64,000 nt of DNA. Source: a virus. The position numbers and the translations under genes were made by a program. The stretch lies in IMG/VR virus record IMGVR_UViG_3300029305_001665, one strand, 5' to 3'. Below are positions 17,137-30,280 of the stretch, one piece after another; the stretch's first letter is position 1; the number at the start of each line of letters is the position of its first letter. The notes beneath the pieces are model-generated. The model had not been told where the DNA came from. It did not search any database and saw nothing but the letters and a program-made list of their open reading frames with translations.

Positions 17137-19794
17137 TTATTTACCTCCTTCTACCCTCGTGATGTTAAATGTTACTGGAACCGTTAAGTCCCTATGCTTT
17201 AACGGAAACGTCACTTGTACATTCGCCCAGTAACCCATTCCCGAAGGTTCTCTAACGTATACGTCGCCCATCCATTTTGAAAGGCGATGTAACTTATATA
17301 TGGTTTCAGTATCATCTTTACGGATTACTGCGTTCCACGTAGCGGATTCGCCGACATGGGTACCGTAATAACTGACAGGATTTTTACGTCCCGCATATTC
17401 CATAAACGCTACGTCCGGAGATATCTTCGGTTGCACGTCAACATTATACGGAAAATTAAGTACAGTTCCTTCGTAAGTAATATCTTCGTCTGTAGAGTCC
17501 TCATCGATTATGCCGCAGTCTTCTCCCCATTGAATAATAATCGATTTACATCCAACGGGGTATCCCGCTATATCGGCGTATAAAGTCAAGTCAGTTGCGG
17601 TATTAATAGCAACGACTCTATAACGAGCATAATCCAGCGCAGGATGCGGGTCGATTACCCACGTATTAGATAAGTTGTCGATATCGCCAGCTATTAATGT
17701 AAACGAGCCGTCGTATTCCCGTCTGTATACATATAGAGAAATATTTTCGACTAATTCGTCGTCTCTATCGGTACAATACGGCCGTATGCTAGCCGTATAT
17801 CCCTCAGTGTCTACCGAGATTTCAGCATCAACCGTATAATATTCCGGTTGGTCCCACGTTAAAACTGCCGTGAATGATTTGGATACCGTTAAACCAGAAT
17901 CCATAGCAACCGTGCAAGTAATAATGTAAGATGTATCGGAACTTAAGGTGGTTTCCCCAGCAGATATACTAATGTCAACTTTATTATCCGTGATAAAGCT
18001 ATCGTAATGTTTGGAATATATAACTTCCCCTTTTGCTATCCTAATCGTATCGCCAAAATTATTTACGACGCTGTGCGTACGGTTGGCTTTTATTTCTACA
18101 TGATAGCCAATTGCATTCTGCGCGTCTGGACCAGCAACAGCTTCGATATAAAGGGGTAATTCTTCAATATTGTAAGTAGTGTCGGCGGTTAACTCATCTC
18201 CAGCCCTATTTCGCAGTGTTAAAGTGGGATTCGTATATACTTCGAGAGTCCTAACTGCTGACCATTCACCGAACGATCCGGTCTCCTCTGCTGTTCTAAC
18301 GCGCCATCTAATGCGACAACCGTTTTCGCATACTATATCGTATTCGCTACGGTCGTTTTCGCTTAATTGACTCAGTATGCATAGAGTATAGGAATGTTGA
18401 GTATATTCTTCTACTTTATTATTTCTATCCATATGTACTATGGTAGGAATTATTTTTCTTACGAAACCGCTACCGCTTCCATCATCTACATACAAATCTA
18501 TCTGCGAATATTTTGGGTACTTTTGTTTATTATTGGTATTATTTCCACCGGTTTCGCTATTGGTTTCAATTTTTTGATTATGAATCCATTTTAAAGTAAT
18601 CAGTTCGTTAAGTTCGTATCTGGCTTTATCAGTAAAACTAGTCGGCGATAAAGGAGCGCCATCAACGTGCGTGCATGACGTCTCTGACCACTCCGATTTA
18701 TTACCGTTGTTTTGACCATTAGTGGCCATAATGCGAACATACCAATATCCTGTAGTGACACCGTCTCTCAATATAGCCGAACACGAAGTTATGCTCTGTA
18801 CGGTATATTCTTTTTTGACGCTATCTTCGCCAGCATTATCTGGATCATCGAAACATTTTAAATCGTTAGTGTATTCGACAATATAACCAGTCGCCGACGG
18901 AACTGCATCCCAGGCAATTTCAATAGAAGAATCATCCGCTCCTAATTGGCATTTCGTCATCGTAGGCGGCTTGGGAGCTATGGCTATTTTTTCGGAGTAT
19001 TGAGTCCACGCGCTTACTTTTTCTGCTTTGCATGCTCTAGCACGTATCTGATATACAGAGCCAAGCTCTACAGTGACCTGAGTGCTAACGTAGCTAGCTT
19101 TTTTAAGGTCTACCGCTACTTTAATTACGTTAGAAAGAGGAGCACCATCTTTAATCAAATTAAATTGAATCGAGGTTGCGTTAAGATCCTCAGTAATATT
19201 AGATAACGAAATTGTTATTTTTTTGGTATCAATACTGGTGTCGTATTCCCAGCCAATATCGCCAACAGAAGGAACCTTAGGCGGGTTTTTACTGAACGAA
19301 TAAGTCTGTCTAGTTGACCAGGCCGAATTCGTCCAGTGTGATACTTCCCTGCCTTTAGTGTTCTGGTATGTTTTAGAAATCGGCTTAACTCTGACGCGCA
19401 CACTAGTAGCTGCATCACTAGCTTGAAACTCGGCGCCATAATTAGAAACGCCGCTAGTAGCTTCTATAGTTTGCGTAGTGTAGTGCCAGTAGTTATTATA
19501 ATACTGCGACCATTCGACACTAAATTCTTTAGTATTGGGTTTTGACCACGACCAAGTTGCATATACATCTCTATCACCAGCATTAGTCTGTAAGCCTATT
19601 TTAAGACCACTAACTTTGGTGTTAGTCGCGGACACAGTGGTTTTATCGCCGCTTAGCTTGAGGACTTGCCCTACATATATCTTATCGGGGTCCGCAATAT
19701 TGTTTAATTTTACCAAGGTATTGACAGTTGTTTTATAATCTAACGCTATTTGGCTAAGCGTGTCTCCCCATTTTACGGTATATGTAGTAGCCAT
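17137..19794 (-). CDS. distal tail protein with N-terminal LysM domain
   Basis: 885 aa. N-terminal [43 protein letters not shown] is a LysM peptidoglycan-binding motif. Immediately downstream of the tape measure gene. Confidence 0.55.
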   Translation of the reverse strand: MATTYTVKWGDTLSQIALDYKTTVNTLVKLNNIADPDKIYVGQVLKLSGDKTTVSATNTKVSGLKIGLQTNAGDRDVYATWSWSKPNTKEFSVEWSQYYNNYWHYTTQTIEATSGVSNYGAEFQASDAATSVRVRVKPISKTYQNTKGREVSHWTNSAWSTRQTYSFSKNPPKVPSVGDIGWEYDTSIDTKKITISLSNITEDLNATSIQFNLIKDGAPLSNVIKVAVDLKKASYVSTQVTVELGSVYQIRARACKAEKVSAWTQYSEKIAIAPKPPTMTKCQLGADDSSIEIAWDAVPSATGYIVEYTNDLKCFDDPDNAGEDSVKKEYTVQSITSCSAILRDGVTTGYWYVRIMATNGQNNGNKSEWSETSCTHVDGAPLSPTSFTDKARYELNELITLKWIHNQKIETNSETGGNNTNNKQKYPKYSQIDLYVDDGSGSGFVRKIIPTIVHMDRNNKVEEYTQHSYTLCILSQLSENDRSEYDIVCENGCRIRWRVRTAEETGSFGEWSAVRTLEVYTNPTLTLRNRAGDELTADTTYNIEELPLYIEAVAGPDAQNAIGYHVEIKANRTHSVVNNFGDTIRIAKGEVIYSKHYDSFITDNKVDISISAGETTLSSDTSYIITCTVAMDSGLTVSKSFTAVLTWDQPEYYTVDAEISVDTEGYTASIRPYCTDRDDELVENISLYVYRREYDGSFTLIAGDIDNLSNTWVIDPHPALDYARYRVVAINTATDLTLYADIAGYPVGCKSIIIQWGEDCGIIDEDSTDEDITYEGTVLNFPYNVDVQPKISPDVAFMEYAGRKNPVSYYGTHVGESATWNAVIRKDDTETIYKLHRLSKWMGDVYVREPSGMGYWANVQVTFPLKHRDLTVPVTFNITRVEGGK

Positions 19795-19796
19795 TA

Positions 19797-22700
19797 TTAA
19801 GTCCTCCTTGCCATATTTACTGCTCTTATGATTGTATTAAATGCTTCCTCAACTTCTTGGTCGCCAGTAAGACTTACGTTACCAATGCTATAGGAAGCGG
19901 TTTCCATTTGTTTTACATCTTTACGGAGTGCGTCTATAGCCGAAACTATATCTTCGTTTGCTCCATTTTGATTATATCTGCTCATTAACGCGCTGATATT
20001 GCCGACATTTGCCGACACACCGAGCGTGGTAGAATTGAACAGACCATTTATAACTCCTGCACCAGACTTAACGTCAGTTAAATCCAATACAGGTCGAATA
20101 GTAGGTTGCGAATCGATATCGTTAGTAATTATATCGCCGAGTTTATTTATAGTATTGCATAGTCCTTCTTTAGCTGAGTTGGCCATTTCAGAACTCATAC
20201 CATATGCTTTATCAACGTTTTCGGCTATACCATTAACGAAACCAATACCAAAGTAATCACCTATCTCAACACCAACCCGTGAGGGAGAATGTTCTTTAAG
20301 TTCCGCTTTGGCTGCTTCTGCTGCGGCTGCCGCCATCGACCTAGCTGCCTTGGTAGCAACTGATTGATTCAAACTAATACCATTCGCAAATCCTGATACT
20401 AGGTTTTTACCAGCAGTTTCGAACGAACTTTTCTTTTCACCTATAGCGTCAACGCAAGCATCGAGCGCTGTTTTGCATGCTTTAGTCGCAGACGATGTAT
20501 TACCTTCGATACCCTTAACAAATGCTTCAATCGCTTCTTTTCCGGCTTTCTTAAGATCATCTTTAATGTCCGTAGCCATTTGCTTAATTGCTTTAGTAAG
20601 CTCTTTAATTGCATTTGCCACTGACTTGATATTGCCAGCATTTATACTCGCTATCTCTTTTACTTCGTCCACCGCCTTAGAAGCCGCGGATATAGTATCG
20701 CCGCTAATTGCTTTTACAGCGTTGAAGTATTCCTTCAACTTCGTTCCGAACGATTTTAAATTAGTACCAAAGTTTATGATATTTTTAGAATCTTTCGGAG
20801 CAGTTTTAGCCATTTCAGCCAATGATTTAGCTGCGCTAGCTGCTGCTTTAACATTATCGGGGTTAATATCACCCACTTCTTTAGCGAATCCGGCTAACCC
20901 TTTACCCAAACCCGGAAGTTTGTCTGCGAATTTACTTACTGAGTTTTCGCCGCTAAACCAAGCTTTGATACCCCCTTCGGAGGGAATAACCTTAACCATT
21001 TTTGCTATCGATTCGCCTGCGATAGCCGCTGCGGTTACGTTATCTTTGTTTATATCCGTTACTTTTTCCGAGAAACCGGATAAACCTTCTCCTAACTTAG
21101 GTAATTCGCCGGCGTATTTCGAAACACTTTGCTCGCCCGAAATCCATTTTTTGAGACCACCTTCGGATGGGATTACTGCGACCATAGCCGCAATATCTTT
21201 AGCTGCTGCGGCTGCTGCGGTAACACTTTCCGGAGTAATACCAGCAGTTTTATCAGCGAAACCTTTTATTCCTTGACCAAGGGCACTTAAATCGGTACCA
21301 AATTTGGACACGCTAGATTCGCCCGAAATCCATTTTTTGAGACCACCTTCGTTAGGAATAACGCTAGTCATCTCGGCTAAAGTTTTGCATGCGGTTGAAG
21401 CGGCACTTACAGCTTCGCAATTGATGCCTGTAACAGCTTGGGCAAAACCTTTTATTCCTTGACCTAATGAAAGTATATCGGTACTAAACTTCGATAACGA
21501 GCTTTCGCCACTAAACCAAGCCTTAACACCGCCTTCCTTAGGAATAACGTTAGTCATTTCAGCTAATACCTTAGCTGCTTCGGCGGCTGCTATAACTGCT
21601 TCGACAGAAATGCCCGAAGTAGCATAAGCAAAGCCTTTAATACCATTACCCAAAGCGGGGAGTGAATCTGCGAAACTGGTTACACTGTTTTCACCAGTAA
21701 ACCAAGCAACGACACCACCTTCAGAAGGTATAACACTAGTTAATTCTGCTAATGCTTTACCTGCATTGACGGCCGCAGTTACTGCTACCGGATCAACTCC
21801 TGCTGATTCTATGGCAAAGTCTTTAATACCACGACCTAATCCAGCTAATTCGCTAGAGAAGGATGCGATATTATTTTCGCCAGTAAACCAAGCTACTACA
21901 CCACCTTGGTTAGGTATATTATTCGATAGCTCAACAATCGATTTTGCTGCACTTACAGCGGCGTCCATACTGCCGTCATCGACTAAACCAGATACCTCAG
22001 TAGCGAAACTCTTAATTCCCCTACCAAAACCGGCTAATTGTTCGCCAAATACGTCCATGGTGTTATCGCCAGAGAAGAACGCGATTAAACCGCCAGTATT
22101 CGGCAAGTTATTGGCAAGTTCCGAAAGCGACTTTGCAGCGGGTATTACATTTGCAATAGCTTCAGTGTCGACGTCCACAACAGTTTTTGAGAATTCAGCT
22201 AAGCCTCTACCAAAGGGTACGAGCATTTCGCCAAAATCACTTATGTCATTTTCGCCAGCAAGCCAGCCTACAAGACCGCCGCTATTCGGTAAATTATGGG
22301 CTAATTCTGATAAACATCTAGCCGCATTAGCGGATGCTTCTACGGCAGCGGTATCAATCCCTTTTACTATTTCGGAGTATTCCTTTATTTTCGGCGCAAA
22401 TGAAACAAGTTCGTCACCGAAAGAAGATATCGACGATTTACCAGTAAGCCAGCTAGCGATCGATTCCAAAATATTCGCACCGGTCAACGCTAAAATAACG
22501 CTAACTAAGTTCTTTGTGCTGGTCAGAACGGATTCGTCTACATTTTTTATTCCTTCTATGAATGCGGTCGCATTATTCATAAATCCGGACAGGTATTCGC
22601 CTATCTGCGGTAATGTCGATGCTGCTCCAGAAGCCACACCGCCAATGATTCCGCCTATGAACTTACCGATCGCAACACCAATGATGCGAAGGAATTCGCC

Positions 22701-25700
22701 GCCGCCTTCTACGAGTTCACCTAAATAAGGTATTTTATAAAGTAAACCGAATGCCGCTAATACTAAAGCTAATTCAGCGACGACAGCGCCCATATATAGA
22801 ACGCCTTGCATAGCTGCTTTACCTAAAATTTTCAAAGCAGCCAACATGACCATGAAACCGCTCAGTTTTAATACTACTGTTAATAGACTGTTCAGCGTTT
22901 CAGGATTAAAGTTAATTTTGCTAAATATCTCCGGTAATTTATCAATTATCGTTTGTATAATACCGGCGATTATATCTATTAAATAACCTACAATTTGAGG
23001 TATAAATTCTGCGATAGACGCTAATACTTCCGTGAGTACGACAAGTAATGTCTGTACAATTCTCGGAACATTATCTACTATTACTTCGCATAGCTCGACT
23101 ATAAGAACGCTTATAAGTTCTGCTAATTTTCCGACTGCGTTTATAAGCAGCTCTATTATAGAAACAATGAGGAGATCAAGTATTTTGATTATGCCGGCTA
23201 CTATTAGACCAGCAGAACCGATTATACCTGCAAGTACGCCAACTAAAGCTAACAAACCTGCAGCTATATACTTAAATCCCCAGCCCATTAGAGCCAACGA
23301 TACGCTTATACCGAGCGCCGCAGCGGCAAAGAGAGCCATTGCTCCAGCAATTGTTACTAGGGAAGGCGCTAATGCTTTAAGAGCCCATGCGGTTCCTATA
23401 AAAAGACCGAATGTTACAACTAATGTTCCTAATGCCGCTAATAACATTGGGAACGGAACTAACGCCAGTGCTATTAAAGCAGGTGTTAATATATTTAAGG
23501 CAGCGGCCATTATAACCATAGCCGTAGCAGCTAGTATCATGCTAGTTCCGCCTTTTTCTACACCTTGCGTCATCTTTACCATCACTATTAATGCGGCTGA
23601 AAATACGCCTAACACACCAAGAAGACCGCCTATACCTTGTAACATGGCTTGCCACGGCATTACACCCAATAGTAATAATGTGGGTAATACCATGTTTAGT
23701 ACGGCTATCATTATAGCTATAGCGCCAGCGCCTGCTAACATACGTTTTCCAGCATTATCGCCTAGCAAACCAAAAGCCACTTCAACGCCGCCTAAAGCGA
23801 TTAATATGAGAGCTAATCCGCCAATACCTTTCAATATAATTTTGAACGGGATAATACCAAGCATTAACAACATTGGCATTACCGTCCATAAGGTAGCAGC
23901 CATTATAGCTACTGCCCCAGCGCCTGCTAACATTGTCTTTCCTGATTTGCCGAGTCTGGATAAACCTATTTCGACGCCCATCATTGCCGCCAATATCATA
24001 GCTAAACCGCCAATACCTTTGAGTATGATCGGGAACGGAATGATACCTAACAATAATAATGTAGGTATTATCATGTTTATTGCGGAAGCCATTATAGCTA
24101 CTGCGCCAGAACCAGCAAGCATTGTCTTTCCGGACTGACCGAGTCTGGATAAACCTATTTCGACGCCCATCATTGCCGCTAAAAGTATAACAATACCGCC
24201 AACTGCTCTAGCCCATGCGTCCCATTCCATACTTCCGAGAACCTTAAGCGGAACTGAAAGAATCAATAGCGCAAACGCCATCGTAACCATGCCTTTGATT
24301 TGGTTAGTGTATTTTATAGACATTTTGTCGTTGCCTTGCTGCAGAGTCTCTTTACTAGCTATTTGGAACTTAGACAAAGCGATCATTACGCCGGTCATTG
24401 CAGCAAGTAATATCGTAGTTGCCGTCACGCCCTTAATTAGCGTATCAACATCCAAGTTGCCCATTCGTTGAATTACCCAGGTCATACCCAACAACGCAAC
24501 CATCATTGACACCATGGTGTTTATGCTTGCTATCGAATCTGTAACACCCTTTATGGCATTAACAAACCCGCCTTTGCCGTCTTTGACCATACTGGCTTTA
24601 CCTATTTTGCTCATCATAGCGAACATAAACAGTAACTCGCCAAATGCTAAAGTAATTGCGGCTAAGGATTTCTCTAATTTATCCGCCGGAATAAACGCTA
24701 ACGCAATTAATGCTAAAGTTAATATACCGATAGCATCTGCGATTTTCTTTAATGTGCCAGCGTTTATATTTTTCGATAATGCTCCAAAGTATTGGCTAAC
24801 ACTTTCGCAAACATTTTTAATTGTTTTAACGAGACCCGACCCACCAAGTAAATCTACAATTTTCTTTACTAGCATGCCAAGTCCGACTAGAATACCGCCG
24901 TCAAGCAATTTGCTAAGCATTTCGAATAAACCGCCTACGTCGCCTGACATAATAGCAGAACCGATACCTTTAAAGATATTGACGATGCCTTTAACTAGAC
25001 CTACCGCCATGCCTTTAATTCCGATCAATAAAGACGATATTATTTTAAAGAATTCGCTATTTTTAATAGCAGAACCAAGGTTCTTGAATGCCATTTTGAA
25101 TCTTTCGCCGAAATCCGTAGACGAGTCAGCAAGTTCTGCTAACTTAGTGCTTATACCGTCTAACAGTCCGGAAAATATTTCTAACGGACCGCATTCGAAG
25201 CCTTCGACTAATGATTGTACGAGAGTGCCTAGAATCGATAATATAAATTTAATAGTTTTACCAACTACTATGAATGCATTTTTGATAATTTTAGTTTCTT
25301 TTATGAAATCGGCCAATGAGGAAAGCATATCGCCAACTATTGCTAGTAAGCCTAACAGTCCATCAGCTAAACCGTTAGAATCTTCGGTAACTATTCCTAT
25401 AGCCGCGCCAAAGCCTTTAAATATTTCTACTACTATACTAAGTACGGAGAAAACGCCTTTGAAAACACGTTTTAGATTTTCCGCCGTTCCTTCTGATAGT
25501 ATTAAGCTTTGAGTAAAGTTTCTTATTCCCTCAGTGAAACTTTTAAGTCCTTCGGAAGTAAGCGGATTAAATATCTCACCCCAGGCTTCTTTAATTGGCG
25601 CTATGAACGAGCCTATTGCCTTAACGAGATTGCGGAAAGTTTCGATGATGTCATCTCTACCGCCCATTACTTTCCAGTTTTCAAGTAATTCGTTACGAGC

Positions 25701-26747
25701 GTCCGCAGCTTTTCCGATTAAACCACCCAACGTGTTGTTGAGTTCGGACATAAACTTTTTGGCTTCTTCGAAGTCACCGACAATAATTTCCCAAGTTTGA
25801 GCCCAACCAGATTGTGCTGCTTCTTTTAATGTATCGTATAATTGACTGAGGGTCTTAACTTCGGTCGCTGCTTGCGTAGCTTTTTTGCCAATTTCCGTAT
25901 TCGTATCGGAATACTTTTTTAAGGTTTTAGTAAGAACTTCAGATGTCATCCACTGTTCCTGTAACGAATCGTTAAACATCTTCGTCGCAGATATGGTTGT
26001 GCCCTTAAGGGTCTTATACATGCCGTTCGAAGTCTTAGTTAACTTACCTTCGGCTACGGCAGTCTCAAGTAACTGATTCTTGAAATCTACAGTCGCCATA
26101 TTAGCGTTTTCGATAGATTTCCAGTCAATTAATTTAACATAACCAGATGACATCGCTTGGGCAAAGTTATACATAGCCCTAGATGCTTCGTTAGCGTTTG
26201 CGCCTGAAATCGCAGCTACGTTAGCGACACCTTGGATAGCGGATACAGAATCGTCAAGACTAACGCCGGCGTTGGTGAATTTACCGATATTCGAAGTCAT
26301 ATCTTGGAACGAGTATATGGTCTTATCCGAATATTCGTTCAACTCTTGTAACTTCTGGTTAACCTTTTCCATGCTTTCGCCAGTACCAGCCATGATGGTT
26401 TGAATTGAGCCCATCTTAAGTTCGTACTCGCCGAAACCAGCTTTACTTGCAACGCCGCCAAATAACTCGCTAAATGTGCGAGGAAGAACTGTAACTAACG
26501 GATAAATTAACTTATTATTAATCCAATTAGCTATATCAAACTCACGAAGCCATTCAGCTCTGCGTCTTACGTCATCTAAATCCTCGCCTAATTTAGATAG
26601 TCCACCATTTTTGCTGGAGATGGAATTTAAACCGTCTAAATTTTTATTAAGTTTATCGACCGAATTCATGGTAGTGGTAACGTTTTTCTCGAACTGCCTG
26701 TTATCAAACTGCATCTCGACAACTTTACGGTCAATTACATTACTCAT
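19797..26747 (-). CDS. tail tape measure protein (2316 aa)
   Basis: Giant ORF after the tail chaperone genes. N-terminal coiled coil. Long central block of hydrophobic Gly/Ala/Ile/Leu-rich helices. About ten tandem ~57-aa repeats (W(F/I)SGE.S.S.F...L..LG.G(I/L).GFA......I.......AA..A...L.E......P.EGG). Confidence 0.85.
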   Translation of the reverse strand: MSNVIDRKVVEMQFDNRQFEKNVTTTMNSVDKLNKNLDGLNSISSKNGGLSKLGEDLDDVRRRAEWLREFDIANWINNKLIYPLVTVLPRTFSELFGGVASKAGFGEYELKMGSIQTIMAGTGESMEKVNQKLQELNEYSDKTIYSFQDMTSNIGKFTNAGVSLDDSVSAIQGVANVAAISGANANEASRAMYNFAQAMSSGYVKLIDWKSIENANMATVDFKNQLLETAVAEGKLTKTSNGMYKTLKGTTISATKMFNDSLQEQWMTSEVLTKTLKKYSDTNTEIGKKATQAATEVKTLSQLYDTLKEAAQSGWAQTWEIIVGDFEEAKKFMSELNNTLGGLIGKAADARNELLENWKVMGGRDDIIETFRNLVKAIGSFIAPIKEAWGEIFNPLTSEGLKSFTEGIRNFTQSLILSEGTAENLKRVFKGVFSVLSIVVEIFKGFGAAIGIVTEDSNGLADGLLGLLAIVGDMLSSLADFIKETKIIKNAFIVVGKTIKFILSILGTLVQSLVEGFECGPLEIFSGLLDGISTKLAELADSSTDFGERFKMAFKNLGSAIKNSEFFKIISSLLIGIKGMAVGLVKGIVNIFKGIGSAIMSGDVGGLFEMLSKLLDGGILVGLGMLVKKIVDLLGGSGLVKTIKNVCESVSQYFGALSKNINAGTLKKIADAIGILTLALIALAFIPADKLEKSLAAITLAFGELLFMFAMMSKIGKASMVKDGKGGFVNAIKGVTDSIASINTMVSMMVALLGMTWVIQRMGNLDVDTLIKGVTATTILLAAMTGVMIALSKFQIASKETLQQGNDKMSIKYTNQIKGMVTMAFALLILSVPLKVLGSMEWDAWARAVGGIVILLAAMMGVEIGLSRLGQSGKTMLAGSGAVAIMASAINMIIPTLLLLGIIPFPIILKGIGGLAMILAAMMGVEIGLSRLGKSGKTMLAGAGAVAIMAATLWTVMPMLLMLGIIPFKIILKGIGGLALILIALGGVEVAFGLLGDNAGKRMLAGAGAIAIMIAVLNMVLPTLLLLGVMPWQAMLQGIGGLLGVLGVFSAALIVMVKMTQGVEKGGTSMILAATAMVIMAAALNILTPALIALALVPFPMLLAALGTLVVTFGLFIGTAWALKALAPSLVTIAGAMALFAAAALGISVSLALMGWGFKYIAAGLLALVGVLAGIIGSAGLIVAGIIKILDLLIVSIIELLINAVGKLAELISVLIVELCEVIVDNVPRIVQTLLVVLTEVLASIAEFIPQIVGYLIDIIAGIIQTIIDKLPEIFSKINFNPETLNSLLTVVLKLSGFMVMLAALKILGKAAMQGVLYMGAVVAELALVLAAFGLLYKIPYLGELVEGGGEFLRIIGVAIGKFIGGIIGGVASGAASTLPQIGEYLSGFMNNATAFIEGIKNVDESVLTSTKNLVSVILALTGANILESIASWLTGKSSISSFGDELVSFAPKIKEYSEIVKGIDTAAVEASANAARCLSELAHNLPNSGGLVGWLAGENDISDFGEMLVPFGRGLAEFSKTVVDVDTEAIANVIPAAKSLSELANNLPNTGGLIAFFSGDNTMDVFGEQLAGFGRGIKSFATEVSGLVDDGSMDAAVSAAKSIVELSNNIPNQGGVVAWFTGENNIASFSSELAGLGRGIKDFAIESAGVDPVAVTAAVNAGKALAELTSVIPSEGGVVAWFTGENSVTSFADSLPALGNGIKGFAYATSGISVEAVIAAAEAAKVLAEMTNVIPKEGGVKAWFSGESSLSKFSTDILSLGQGIKGFAQAVTGINCEAVSAASTACKTLAEMTSVIPNEGGLKKWISGESSVSKFGTDLSALGQGIKGFADKTAGITPESVTAAAAAAKDIAAMVAVIPSEGGLKKWISGEQSVSKYAGELPKLGEGLSGFSEKVTDINKDNVTAAAIAGESIAKMVKVIPSEGGIKAWFSGENSVSKFADKLPGLGKGLAGFAKEVGDINPDNVKAAASAAKSLAEMAKTAPKDSKNIINFGTNLKSFGTKLKEYFNAVKAISGDTISAASKAVDEVKEIASINAGNIKSVANAIKELTKAIKQMATDIKDDLKKAGKEAIEAFVKGIEGNTSSATKACKTALDACVDAIGEKKSSFETAGKNLVSGFANGISLNQSVATKAARSMAAAAAEAAKAELKEHSPSRVGVEIGDYFGIGFVNGIAENVDKAYGMSSEMANSAKEGLCNTINKLGDIITNDIDSQPTIRPVLDLTDVKSGAGVINGLFNSTTLGVSANVGNISALMSRYNQNGANEDIVSAIDALRKDVKQMETASYSIGNVSLTGDQEVEEAFNTIIRAVNMARRT
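20800..22600. repeat. in-frame tandem ~171-bp coding repeats within the tape measure gene
   Basis: Repeated peptide unit seen about ten times. Produces long spurious plus-strand ORFs (20473..21276, 21766..22728). Confidence 0.6.
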
Positions 26748-27121
26748 ACTTTAGTTACCTCCTTCCATGCGTTATTTGCTATTTCATCAAAAATAGGCTG
26801 GACAACAGGATTAATATAATCTCGACCCTGTACCCAACCTCCTGTTCCTGTTCCGTGCCCATACTGCAGTATGATAGCAATCGGAATTCCATTTTGAACA
26901 TTTGAATTTAAAAAAGAGAGTGTTACTCTCCCTTCAGTGTGTTCTATCTGGTAATACCACGAAGCCGCAGTTTTACCAGTATCGACAGGGGTCGCAGACG
27001 CAAGGGCTGCAACGCCTTGTTTACCATATTTATCTAGTCCGCTCAAATGAGCTCTTCCTTTTACTCGTTCTAGATAACTGGTTAGTTTGGAGAAGTCGCC
27101 CTTTTGTCTGAACTTGATCAT
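26744..27121 (-). CDS. hypothetical protein (125 aa) preceding the tape measure gene
   Basis: Start of the tape measure gene overlaps its stop by 4 nt (translational coupling). Confidence 0.45.
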   Translation of the reverse strand: MIKFRQKGDFSKLTSYLERVKGRAHLSGLDKYGKQGVAALASATPVDTGKTAASWYYQIEHTEGRVTLSFLNSNVQNGIPIAIILQYGHGTGTGGWVQGRDYINPVVQPIFDEIANNAWKEVTKV

Positions 27122-27133
27122 GTGTCGTTCCCC

Positions 27134-27856
27134 TTAAATTTTTGTAGTGTATTTTAGCGAAATCCATCCTGTTCCGCTCTTTAATTTGCCCCAGCCTTCT
27201 TGTTCTTTCACTATAGTGAAGACTCCTTTTCCTGTGTATTCACCAGTCTTACTATATTTGGTCCCTGGTCCTTTTCGTATGTTTAAATCTTTGATATCTA
27301 CTTTTACTTTATATGGCACGCCAGTTAGTTTAGCGTTTACCTCCGATGCTATTTGGCCGTGACGCTTGTATAAGTAGTCTCCGGGGCAGGCTTTGTTAGC
27401 AAACCATCTATGAACCGTCATGTTCTGTTTTTCAGGTCTGCCTATTAGATTTCTGTTAGCTTTCCATTTAAGCTGTTCGATACCATTACGCTTACATATG
27501 TCTACTAATAACTCGATTAGAGCAGTATAAGCCGCTTTAGTAACTTTGTATGGGTGCTTGGCTTCAGACGCCACTTCTATGGTAATCGCTCGATGGTCAT
27601 TCGAACGACTGGAGGTGCACCATGATCTGTCTTTTTCCTCTACACCCATACCAATTGACCCATCATAACCGATGGCATAATTGCAAGAAGACCCATTCTT
27701 GGAATCGGCCTTAGTGAAATTACTCAAATTTAAAAGTTCCTTTGCTGTAAACTGACCGACAGCACAATGGATGCTGACCGTGTCAATTTTATGATTTCTA
27801 GGACTTGTCTTATTAGGACTAATCTTCGTATAACTCACCAAAGGACTGTTACTCAT
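27134..27856 (-). CDS. endolysin: N-acetylmuramoyl-L-alanine amidase (Amidase_2/PGRP) with C-terminal SH3b cell-wall-binding domain
   Basis: Amidase_2 signature blocks IDTVSIHCAVGQ, NYAIGYDGS, NDHRAITIEVAS and VHRWFANKACPG (Zn ligands His/His/Cys). C-terminal ~60 aa, YKVKVD...LNIRKGPGT.Y...GEY..G..F, is SH3b-like. Confidence 0.85.
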   Translation of the reverse strand: MSNSPLVSYTKISPNKTSPRNHKIDTVSIHCAVGQFTAKELLNLSNFTKADSKNGSSCNYAIGYDGSIGMGVEEKDRSWCTSSRSNDHRAITIEVASEAKHPYKVTKAAYTALIELLVDICKRNGIEQLKWKANRNLIGRPEKQNMTVHRWFANKACPGDYLYKRHGQIASEVNAKLTGVPYKVKVDIKDLNIRKGPGTKYSKTGEYTGKGVFTIVKEQEGWGKLKSGTGWISLKYTTKI

Positions 27857-27861
27857 TTAAA

Positions 27862-28176
27862 TCATCCTTTCTTGTTGTTTTTAACTTGTGCTATGACTTG
27901 AGTAACCTTATCGTAGCCGACCATAGAGCATAGCCAGCTTAATACCGCTAAGATAGCGATATATACAATAGAATGTGAAGTGAAACCCAGATTATTTAAT
28001 ACGACATATCCAACGCCAATACCTATAGCCAGAACGAATGATACTATGCCAGCTACGATATTAGAGTGGTACTTCACTTCAAGGTCGTTTAAGATTTTCT
28101 TAACTGCTTCGGTCATAAGACCAGCAAAGGTTGCCGTTACGAACAACCCTAGCATGAAGATTTCAAAGTTAATCAT
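27862..28176 (-). CDS. holin (three TM helices)
   Basis: About 104 aa with three hydrophobic helices and a basic C-terminus (KNNKKG). Directly upstream of the amidase. ATG at 28176 after AAGGGTGA is preferred over the GTG at 28185. Confidence 0.6.
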   Translation of the reverse strand: MINFEIFMLGLFVTATFAGLMTEAVKKILNDLEVKYHSNIVAGIVSFVLAIGIGVGYVVLNNLGFTSHSIVYIAILAVLSWLCSMVGYDKVTQVIAQVKNNKKG

Positions 28177-28181
28177 ATAAA

Positions 28182-28739
28182 TCACCCTTTTGAATTTAAT
28201 TGTTTTCTGCGAGCAGCATTTAACTCAGCGTAACGATTAGCAGTAGCTTGGCTATTTCCTTTCTTTTTCTTAGGAGGTTTGTTTTCAATATTACAAACTC
28301 GTATTAATGTAAGTAACCGATTTAAATGCCACTTTTCGTACTGAGGAGGTATATTCAGCGCTATCATCCAATAATAAATAAGCTCGGATGTTACAGTTTT
28401 GCGAGATCCCTTTTTGCCATCATTGTCATAAACTTTGGTAGCTGTCATAGGATTCTTAATGTATTCGTTAATCTCGGCAAAATTCTCATTGGTAAGATAG
28501 TTATATGTCTCGGGATCGACGTTTTGTGTAATTGTCATGCATTTAATATAATCAATGACTTCCTCAGTCGTTTTATCATTGTTAGTAAGAAATGCTTTAT
28601 GCCATTTCGATTCCCATTTTGAAAGTGAGACGAGGGAATGCTCCAGTTGCAACGTTTGTTCTTTTCTACTAACGAACTCTTCCTTCTTTTCATCCCATAA
28701 GTCTATGGCAGGTATGGTAATTCGAAGCATATCCCTCAT
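28182..28739 (-). CDS. hypothetical protein (185 aa), possible tail assembly chaperone partner
   Basis: Position between the gpG-like gene and the lysis cassette. Basic C-terminal tail. Confidence 0.35.
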   Translation of the reverse strand: MRDMLRITIPAIDLWDEKKEEFVSRKEQTLQLEHSLVSLSKWESKWHKAFLTNNDKTTEEVIDYIKCMTITQNVDPETYNYLTNENFAEINEYIKNPMTATKVYDNDGKKGSRKTVTSELIYYWMIALNIPPQYEKWHLNRLLTLIRVCNIENKPPKKKKGNSQATANRYAELNAARRKQLNSKG

Positions 28740-28759
28740 CCCCTTCTGTGTTTTCTAAT

Positions 28760-29149
28760 TTATTTCTGTTGTGAAGCAAGTTGTTTGCTCATATCGGCAG
28801 GAACGATGCCGTTAATGAATGCAGAAGCTGCATCAGCATTAGTAGAAAGTTCCATAAAGATAGTAGAGTATGCTTCAGTTTGCTCGAACTCAGCTCTAAC
28901 TTCGTCGTTCTTGATAAAGCGCCTACCGTCGGGACTCTTTACGCCGTAAGCTTTAAGTACGAGTTCTTTGAAAATTTTGATAATTGCGGGCATGTCTTGC
29001 GCACCTACGATTCTCTTGATCATTTCAGCGAGACCGCCAGTAGTGCCCATTTCCATTTCCATAATTTCAGCTTTAGTTAAATTGAAGTGGAAATCTTCAG
29101 TTCTTTCAACGCCGTTATAATCGGTATAAGTTACAGTTTTCTTTAACAT
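28760..29149 (-). CDS. putative tail assembly chaperone (gpG-like)
   Basis: 129 aa, acidic. Immediately downstream of the major tail protein gene, as in siphoviral synteny. Confidence 0.4.
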   Translation of the reverse strand: MLKKTVTYTDYNGVERTEDFHFNLTKAEIMEMEMGTTGGLAEMIKRIVGAQDMPAIIKIFKELVLKAYGVKSPDGRRFIKNDEVRAEFEQTEAYSTIFMELSTNADAASAFINGIVPADMSKQLASQQK

Positions 29150-29238
29150 AGTTTAAAATTCTCCTTTTCTTTTAAAATTAAATAGGAGACGCCAGCCTAC
29201 ACTGAGTACGTCTCCTTAAATGTTATTTGGTTAAGTTA

Positions 29239-29943
29239 TTAAGTAGCGTCAGGGAATAAAGCAAGAACTTCGTCAATGCTGGGAAGTTTAGCTGCTACTG
29301 CAGGGGTTGTTACAGTTTCTCCTTCCATAACTGCTGCGGTTCCGTAAAGTATATTTTCTAACTCTCCAAGTTTAGCAGCGTCTGCTTTAGTGCTATCAAT
29401 TACAAGATGAGCAGTAGCTTTGGAAAGAGCTGCGTTTTCAACAGGAGTAGTAGAGAAATCCCAAGACATGGTTTCGGGTTCGTTTTCTTCGCCAATGGTT
29501 TGGTTAGATTTTTCCGATACACCGGCAAGCGCGTTATAAACAATATGGATTTTGTATCCATACTTGGTACCTTCGGTGTCGTTGCCAATTAAACTGCGAT
29601 AAGTGAAACCGAAAGGTTTACGTACTTGTTGAGTTGCGAATACGCCGGGTTTAACCGCTACTTGTCCGAGGCATACAGCAAAGCTATCGGGATAAGTATA
29701 TGCTTCAATGCTACCGTTGAAATCTTCGTCAGACATGATTTCTAAGTATTTGTGGTTGTTGGCATATAAGGGAGTAGCTTCAGCACCTTCGGGAGATTCA
29801 GTAACATTAACTAAACCGTTCCAAGCTTCACCATCGCCATATGCGCCACTAGCGCCAGTCTTAGGATATACTACACCACGATCGACGCCGGTTTCATATA
29901 ACTTCTTAGTATCTTCATCCCATGCAAGTTTAAAATTTGCCAT
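29239..29943 (-). CDS. major tail protein
   Basis: 234 aa. Follows the connector genes and precedes the chaperone and tape measure genes. Strong RBS. Confidence 0.55.
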   Translation of the reverse strand: MANFKLAWDEDTKKLYETGVDRGVVYPKTGASGAYGDGEAWNGLVNVTESPEGAEATPLYANNHKYLEIMSDEDFNGSIEAYTYPDSFAVCLGQVAVKPGVFATQQVRKPFGFTYRSLIGNDTEGTKYGYKIHIVYNALAGVSEKSNQTIGEENEPETMSWDFSTTPVENAALSKATAHLVIDSTKADAAKLGELENILYGTAAVMEGETVTTPAVAAKLPSIDEVLALFPDAT

Positions 29944-29962
29944 AGTAGTTTTATCTCCTTAA

Positions 29963-30280
29963 TTAATAATATAAAGTAAATACAAAGTGATATAGATTTT
30001 CAGCGATATACGGACGATCAAATCTACACATCGGGAAATGCTTAATAATATCGTCATATATAGGGCTGTCTGGATCGTAATCGATCACAGTTACCTCGTA
30101 TTTTTTAGTAGAGGTATAAGTCATATTGTCTGCGTACGTTTGATCTATAGCAGCTAACTGATACCTAATACAAGGGTATTTCATTCTTACTGACTCAGGG
30201 GGATTGTAATACACGTTTCTAGTTCCGAGGATATTACAGAATTCCTCATGCAGTTTAAGCCTGCTTGCCATTGTATACAC
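29963..30280 (-). CDS. head-tail connector / tail completion protein
   Basis: 105 aa. Lies between the capsid and major tail genes. Confidence 0.4.
   Translation of the reverse strand: MYTMASRLKLHEEFCNILGTRNVYYNPPESVRMKYPCIRYQLAAIDQTYADNMTYTSTKKYEVTVIDYDPDSPIYDDIIKHFPMCRFDRPYIAENLYHFVFTLYY

Noticed and set aside
20473-25512. Large plus-strand ORFs (20473..21276, 21766..22728, 23032..24138, 24514..25512) inside the tape measure gene
   Set aside because: They run antisense to a repetitive GC-skewed Ala/Gly-rich gene and yield Pro/Ala/Ser low-complexity products with no RBS. Reading-frame artefacts.
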